A DNA stretch of 60,124 nt, counting the filler, from Bipalium vagum (Eukaryota): assembly GCA_037834085.1 (NCBI GenBank). It is 3 parts of 3 records of this genome, joined end to end, with 100 filler letters (N's around TTAATTAATTAA, not from the genome) between each part and the next. Parts side by side here need not be neighbours in the genome. Positions count along the whole stretch, not along the records: positions 41,513 to 60,124 come from JBBMKC010024413.1; 2 more parts are not named here. One strand, written 5' to 3'. Made by a program: the position numbers and the translations under genes. Under the pieces are notes generated by a model. The model did no database searches and was not told the DNA's origin. It saw nothing but the letters and a program-made list of their open reading frames with translations. Shown here in pieces: positions 52,991 to 60,124 of the stretch (position 1 is its first letter; every line of letters begins with the position of its first letter).

Positions 52991-53712
52991 ATAGTATGTA
53001 TTAAAATTGAAATTTAATATCATGTATTTTTAATGGTCACCATTGTATTAATTAATATATTTTTAATTATTTAGAATTTTTCTTAATTTTATAATTTTAT
53101 CAATTATTCCCAATCATTTCGTTATAAAACTAAAATGCTTACATTGAATTTTATTTTTTCTTTTAAATACATTTTATATTATTTGCTTCAATCATAATTA
53201 TGTGTAATTTGAGAGTTTAATTAGGATAAAAGTGAAAATCGTGGTTTTAATTAAAAGGATTAAGTACTTATTGATCAATTATATTATTTAAAAATACGAA
53301 AAAATATAAGTATAAATGTATACATACATAACTATATTTTTAATTTCAAAAATTATTTAAAAGAAAAAATTCAGGCACAGTTGAAGTTATAAGTACATAA
53401 ATTAAAGTCTTCTTAATTCTTTTTATAAAAAATTAATTAATTCCTTATGTTTATTACTGAGATTTGTACAAAATCGATTTATTTTCAGATTAATAATCAA
53501 TGTAAATTACATCTAAAATAAAATTTTAAATTTTATTTTCTAACAACCCGAAGAAAAAAAATTATAAAAGAAATTCAAATATAATTTTATTGGTATAACC
53601 ATATATAAAAGCCAAAAATTTTTTTTAATATTATAAAATTGAGTTACTTATTTCATTACTTTATTCATTTTGATAAAATTAATAATTATGAAAAACAGTT
53701 TAATTAATTTGA

Positions 53713-54096
<384 letters not shown>

Positions 54097-55102
54097 TGAA
54101 ATAAATAATAATATTATTATTAAAGTTCTAAAAGTCTTACTACATAGATTTATTAATAAAAATGTAAATTTACTTAAGATATTTAGTAATTAAAATATTT
54201 TATTGTTCGGAATTTTATAGAAACAAAATCTTTTTGAAATTTTTTTAAAATATGAAAATTTATCTATTGTTGGTGATTATAAGACTTTGTTTTCTAACTG
54301 TTTATTGTAAAATTATCTCAGATTGTACACTTCAATTTTTAATATTAATAAAGATCAAATTAAAATTTTCAGACATTTTTAAAGTATAAAAATTTTAAGT
54401 GCAATTTCTAAAATGCTTCTAATATTGGGTTGGAAACAAAGTAATTTCACAATTTTTATTGATAACAAAATAAGGTGACAAATCGACCAAAACGAAATGA
54501 AGCAATGCAGATAAGTCATAAAAATTATAATAGTCAATAGATAAGAATAATAATTTAGTAGGCATTAAAAACTGCAAAATTTTCTAATATTAGACATTTA
54601 AGTGACACAATTAGTATTTTCTATAATTTCATTAAGACGTCATACATTTTTTATGAACCATCAATAATAGATGGGGCTGTTCGACCTCCCACCATATGAA
54701 TCATCAAATCATGATGCTTCTACAATCATGTCGCTCATGGTTTTTAATACAGCAATTTACAAATCTCTCATTTACAAATGCCTTACCCGGATTCTATCAT
54801 CGTTGAAATCAAGTGTAAGGCATAACTCATATGTTCATAAAACACATCTTCATTGTTTAGAATTTTATTCTAAGTGTTTTTTTTTTAATCTAAATGGAAT
54901 CCTCACAGCTGCACGATATCAATCATATCATGTGCTCATAAAACTGCGTTTAGCTCTCTTCTTTCAACATCTTAACTCATTTTCTTGAAGAAAAAATTTT
55001 ATATTATTTTTATTATTTTTTTGTTAATAAGTATATCTTGTAAATATATATAGCTTCTATAAAAATATTTTTGTCAATAGTGCAAGACATTTTTCCATTA
55101 AG

Positions 55103-55191
55103 CTAGAGATATTTTCAAATTGGCAAACACAAAGTATCGCAAGGAGAATCTCATAGTCGAAGCTGCATATTTTGAAATATATGGTGGAAAA
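55103..55191 (+). CDS. KIF2: Kinesin-13 motor exon
   Basis: (A)RDIFKL...AYFEIYGGK; acceptor TTAAG|, donor GTTAGT. Confidence 0.9.
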
Positions 55192-55258
55192 GTTAGTTAT
55201 CTAATTTTCTACAATAATAATAACTTTTACTGTTACAATGAAATTAAATTTTACTTAG

Positions 55259-55462
<204 letters not shown>

Positions 55463-55530
55463 TAATATTCAGTATAAAGTTGAATGAGTGGAGACTTTGA
55501 ATTTTCTTGATTATTCATAACTCTTTTTAG

Positions 55531-56191
<661 letters not shown>

Positions 56192-56313
56192 TAAAAATAA
56201 ATTTATAAATTATTTATTTCAGACCCTGAATATATAAGCACATTAAATTACAATCATTGACCTTGAATATTGATTAAAATTAAATTGAAACTTTTTTATT
56301 ATTCTGATATAAA

Positions 56314-56694
56314 ATGGCAGAGAATCAACCAAGTGAGGAGCATTTATGTCATTGCATACTGTTTCATTTTCGATCGGTTGTTAATGCAACCTTTGCAACA
56401 AAGAAGATTAGTGATGTGTATGGAGACGTATTAAAAGTCAATAAGTGCCAACTTAGGTTTCGAAAATTTTCAAATGGTGATTTTGGCTTGTCTGATAGGT
56501 ATGATTTGATAAAGACGCTCTAAAAGCACTGGTGGAAACGAATTCCAAAATGAGTATCCAGGAAATAGCAAAAACTCTTCAAGCTACTTGGTCAACAGTT
56601 CATAGATTATTAATTTCGTTGATGGGTTTGATTTACAAAAATCAAATTTAAACTTGTTAACACTTTAAGTCATTGCTTATAATACCAACTAATA
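56314..56694 (+). mobile_element. Mariner N-terminal fragment with right TIR-like end
   Basis: HLCHCILFHFRSVVNATFATKKISDVYGD...CQLRFRKFSNGDFGLSD; ends ...AATACCAACTAATA. Confidence 0.75.
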
Positions 56695-57896
56695 TTTTAT
56701 TAATTTTGAAATAATTCTCTTAGTATTATTCAATATTTATTCCAGTCTTGTATTTTGAACTTCTAGGTATTGATCTTATGAAATTATTTAATGTTATAAC
56801 TATGATATTCCTTATACTGTTCAATTTTTAAATATTTACGCTATTAAACACTTCGGTAATCTGACTCTTTACTAACTTTATTGAGTTCATTAAAATTTTT
56901 CATCCAGTTCCTTAAATAAAAGGAACTTACTGTAAAATGAATTCATTTAGATATAGTTATCACAAATAAATGTAAGAAATCAATTCACGCAACCAAAACT
57001 GGCACCTTCGTATGGATCCTGTCAAACAAAAAAGATATTTTGGTTAACTAAAATAAAGAAATATTATAATTTAGATTAAATTAAATTGAATTCAAGATAT
57101 AAAAATAATACAAATCAATTTCATCGTTGTTTACTTTGATTCTGGTCTCAAGAAAAATCTTGTTGGGCCTATCGTCCGCCCGTCATTTTTCAAACTCTCT
57201 CAGGATTTTAGAACGTTTTTTGAAGCATTATCAAATATAGCTGAAAAGAGAAGGAAAATACTTTTGACTTATTCAATTTTTCTTACCAATTGCACATAAA
57301 TAGCTGATTTTTAGGCAAATAATGTTAAATGCTAAGAGTTTTAATGATTTTCGGCCTTTTTCACTTGCATAGAGGCTTTTTTATTTTAATATTTTCGAGA
57401 ATCCGACCAATATGGTTGCTTAATCACAAAATAGCTTATATTCAATTATTACCCATATGGCCTTTCCAATCTACGTATTCACTATCTTTGTCATTTTTTG
57501 TTTTTTCTTTATAAAAGTAAATCAGCACAGATTTTTCGGGCTATGAGTGAACATAATTGGTACTTATAGCCAAGATTGGTTATCTTATTGATAATTATTT
57601 ATGATTAACTTAATTTAATTCTCATAAGTAATTTATTTTTTCTTTAAAAAACATAGATAGCTTTGTTAATTTCTTTTTTTTTGTCAAATTTAATTAAAAT
57701 TAAAAGGTAAAAGTTAAAATAACAGTCAAATTACACGGCTTTTAATTTTTGATATTTTTCTAATTGAATAAACCAAATTAATTATGAACTACAATAAAAA
57801 TAAAGAAATATTTCAAAAATATATAAATGTATCCGTGTAATAATAATTGAAGAAAGATTGCCAAAATGAATAAAATAACTAAAGATTATTACTTAG

Positions 57897-57981
57897 GAAG
57901 AATGTGAAAACAAACTAATAGAACTCCATTAAAAAACTTTTTGATAGTATGTTTCAGCGGAAAAATGAAATATATCACCTC
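57897..57981 (+). CDS. Possible kinesin-13 C-terminal coiled-coil exon (stop or 1-nt frameshift at 57930)
   Basis: TTAG|EECENKLIELH*. Removing one T gives EECENKLIELHKKLFDSMFQRKNEIYHL|GT, resembling KIF2 [22 protein letters not shown]. Confidence 0.35.
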
Positions 57982-58750
57982 GTATTGATTGTGCCTAATA
58001 TTAATATTGCGTTTTACTATGTTATGAATAAAAATCAATTTAATGAGCTTTCTAAAAATATGCATATTTCATGTTCCTTTCACAAAAATTTTAAAATTCT
58101 GATATTTACAGTTTTTCAAAAAAAATAATAATGACACAAGCTATTGTATGATATATACGTACCTATTTATTATTTTTACTCCTCTCTATTGATCTGCTTC
58201 AGATATTTAGAGAAAGCTGCATTGTTGAATTCTCATTTTTAATGGCCACTAGTGTATTTTTTTCAACAGGAACCAGACTTTCATTAATTATTATTCATTC
58301 ATTATTAAATATTCTTTCATTAATATGTCATTACTTATTAACAGACTGTTTTAGTGATCTTTATCCTTCATATCAGATCATCAGTGGGACTTGATTCTAA
58401 CACTTTAAATTCTTGAGTGGTTTTCTTTAGTTCACTTTAATTAATTATCATAAAATTTATCAAATTTATAACTGATTGACTGCTACTTCCTAATTTTAAG
58501 ATTTCTCACCATAGTTGAATCTTTAAAACCATTACTTACTTTACATGAAAGTTTCCAAAAGAATGATAAAAAAAATTCAAAACTTTTTCTTTACATGAAA
58601 ATAAAAGAAAAATAACAGAAGAATACATAAATAAAAATATATAATAATCAAATTGTCAATCTTACATTACTTTTATAAACCATATCATTATCTAGATATC
58701 ACGTAATATTATTGGTTTTTGAGATTTTTGTGAAAATTTATTTTATTTTA

Positions 58751-59903
58751 TTAACGGATAATTGTTGATCCACTGCTTACAATTAGTCTCTGACAATGTT
58801 CTGTATTAATGATTTTCCATTCTTTCTCGACTTCTTTCCACAGTTGGTCAGGAGTATTGAAAATTTTCCCGGCTAGTTTTGCCTTTATGTATGCCCATAT
58901 ATTCTCAATGGGATTAAGATCTGGCGATTCTCCAGACCAAAACATAACCGGTACACTTTTTTTCTTCAACTATGCTTTTGTTGTTTTTGCTATGTGCGCC
59001 GGTGCATTTTCAAGTTGGAAAATAACATATTGTCTTTCATTTTCCGTGCATAACTTCTCGATGCTTGAAAGCAATCTAATATCTTATATCCTTTGGTACT
59101 CTTTAACATTAATTGACCCAGTACATCGTATAAGCTCACTAACTCCAGATGCTAAGAATATTCCCCAAACTATAATTCCCCCAGTGCCATGTTTTTTTGA
59201 GGTGTAAATACATTCCATTATATATTTTTCAGTTGATCTTCGAAGACAGCGTTCAGGGTCATCACTATGACGTTCAAATCGACATTCATCACTTCAGAAC
59301 ACATATTGGAACCACTGAGAATCATAAATACCGTAAAGATTATAAAAATTTAACCTGTTTTTAATATACTTTTTTGAATAAAATGGTTTCCTTGTACAAT
59401 CATAGATGCAAACCCCAATTCTTTGACTCGTCTTGCAATTGTTTTTCAAGAAACTGTTTCATTATTTCCATTTTTGAATTCCTCAGCTAATTTTGTAATA
59501 TTTTTCTTACGATCTTTAATGACCTCAAATTTCAGTATATTGTTATCTCGACTTGTAGTTTTTCTGGGTCTGCCTGAGCCTAGTTTTCTTTTTACAGAAC
59601 CTTGTCTTTGTATTGTGGATAATGGAATTTGAATACCATGTTTCTTCAAAATATTCTGCATTTCAGGATATAACAGTTTTGTGTAACAAAGGCCATATAT
59701 TCGGTTTTTTATTTCGACATTTAAATGTGTCTTAGTCATTTTATTTATAACTTGAATTATTAAAAAAAATAGAAAAAAAGCACCAAATTAAATACATATT
59801 ACATGCAATAGCTTAAATATTAAAAATGTAATAAATGGTAACCAATTTAAACATTTTTAAAAATGTTTTATTTTGTGTAAGCCTCATTGTTTTTGTCCAG
59901 CTG
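58751..59903 (-). mobile_element. Degenerate Tc1 (DD34E) element
   Basis: GSGRPRKTTSRDNN HTH, KKHGTGGIIVWGIF, FQLENAPAH, WSGESPDLNPIENIW. TIR end ...TTTTGTCCAGCTG followed by TA at 59903; the other TIR was not seen. Confidence 0.88.
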
Positions 59904-59913
59904 TATATATATA

Positions 59914-60124
59914 CAGTGCGTTTCAAAAGTTTGTTCGCACCCATATAAATTATAAAAATTACTGAAAATTCGTGTGAAAAGACAATAGAATATAAAGAAA
60001 CATTATATTTATTATAATTTTTTATTAATATTTAGTTGGGTATCCTATCATCTTGATGATAGAGGACACTCTTCGTGGCATTGAATCAACAAGTTTGCGG
60101 CATAATGAAGTGGGTATGTTATAC
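59914..60124 (-). mobile_element. End of another Tc1 element, continuing beyond the window
   Basis: TA|CAGTGCGTTTCAAAAGTTT terminus. C-terminus YNIPTSLCRKLVDSMPRRVSSIIKMIGYPTKY* at 60123-60025. Confidence 0.85.

Noticed and set aside
55081-55106. Alternative kinesin acceptor at 55080
   Set aside because: Gives an in-frame TAG; the acceptor at 55102 restores the conserved ARDIF.
58809-59207. 132-aa plus-strand ORF (likewise 41882-42241, 22437-22724, 28428-28688)
   Set aside because: Antisense shadows of transposase, integrase or SYD-1 coding strands.

Overview
This is very AT-rich eukaryotic DNA, most likely from an invertebrate: it has GT-AG introns of ~50 bp to ~8.5 kb and a metazoan SYD-1-like gene. 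It is three contigs joined by artificial 100-bp spacers (N44-TTAATTAATTAA-N44), so adjacency across 20512-20611 and 41413-41512 is unproven. Host genes: (i) a multi-exon kinesin-13 (KIF2/MCAK-type) with an intact motor; (ii) a large exon of a SYD-1/SYDE-like C2-RhoGAP gene whose arginine finger is replaced by Lys; (iii) a two-exon Ser/Asn-rich protein I cannot identify. Not visible in the ORF track: a decayed FAM49/CYRI pseudogene, a possible decayed DEAD-box helicase antisense in a kinesin intron, and an internally deleted 28S rRNA fragment. The rest is dead transposons: many Tc1/mariner, maT and pogo/Tigger copies and MITEs, Gypsy pieces and solo-LTR-like repeats, Merlin, Penelope, and several Polinton/adintovirus fossils (DNA polymerase B, packaging ATPase). 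I did not find a convincing intact novel system. The best leads are the Polinton fossils, the clustering of decaying host genes, a TIR element carrying gag-like cargo, and the pseudo-GAP. All family assignments come from motifs recognised by eye; no searches were run.
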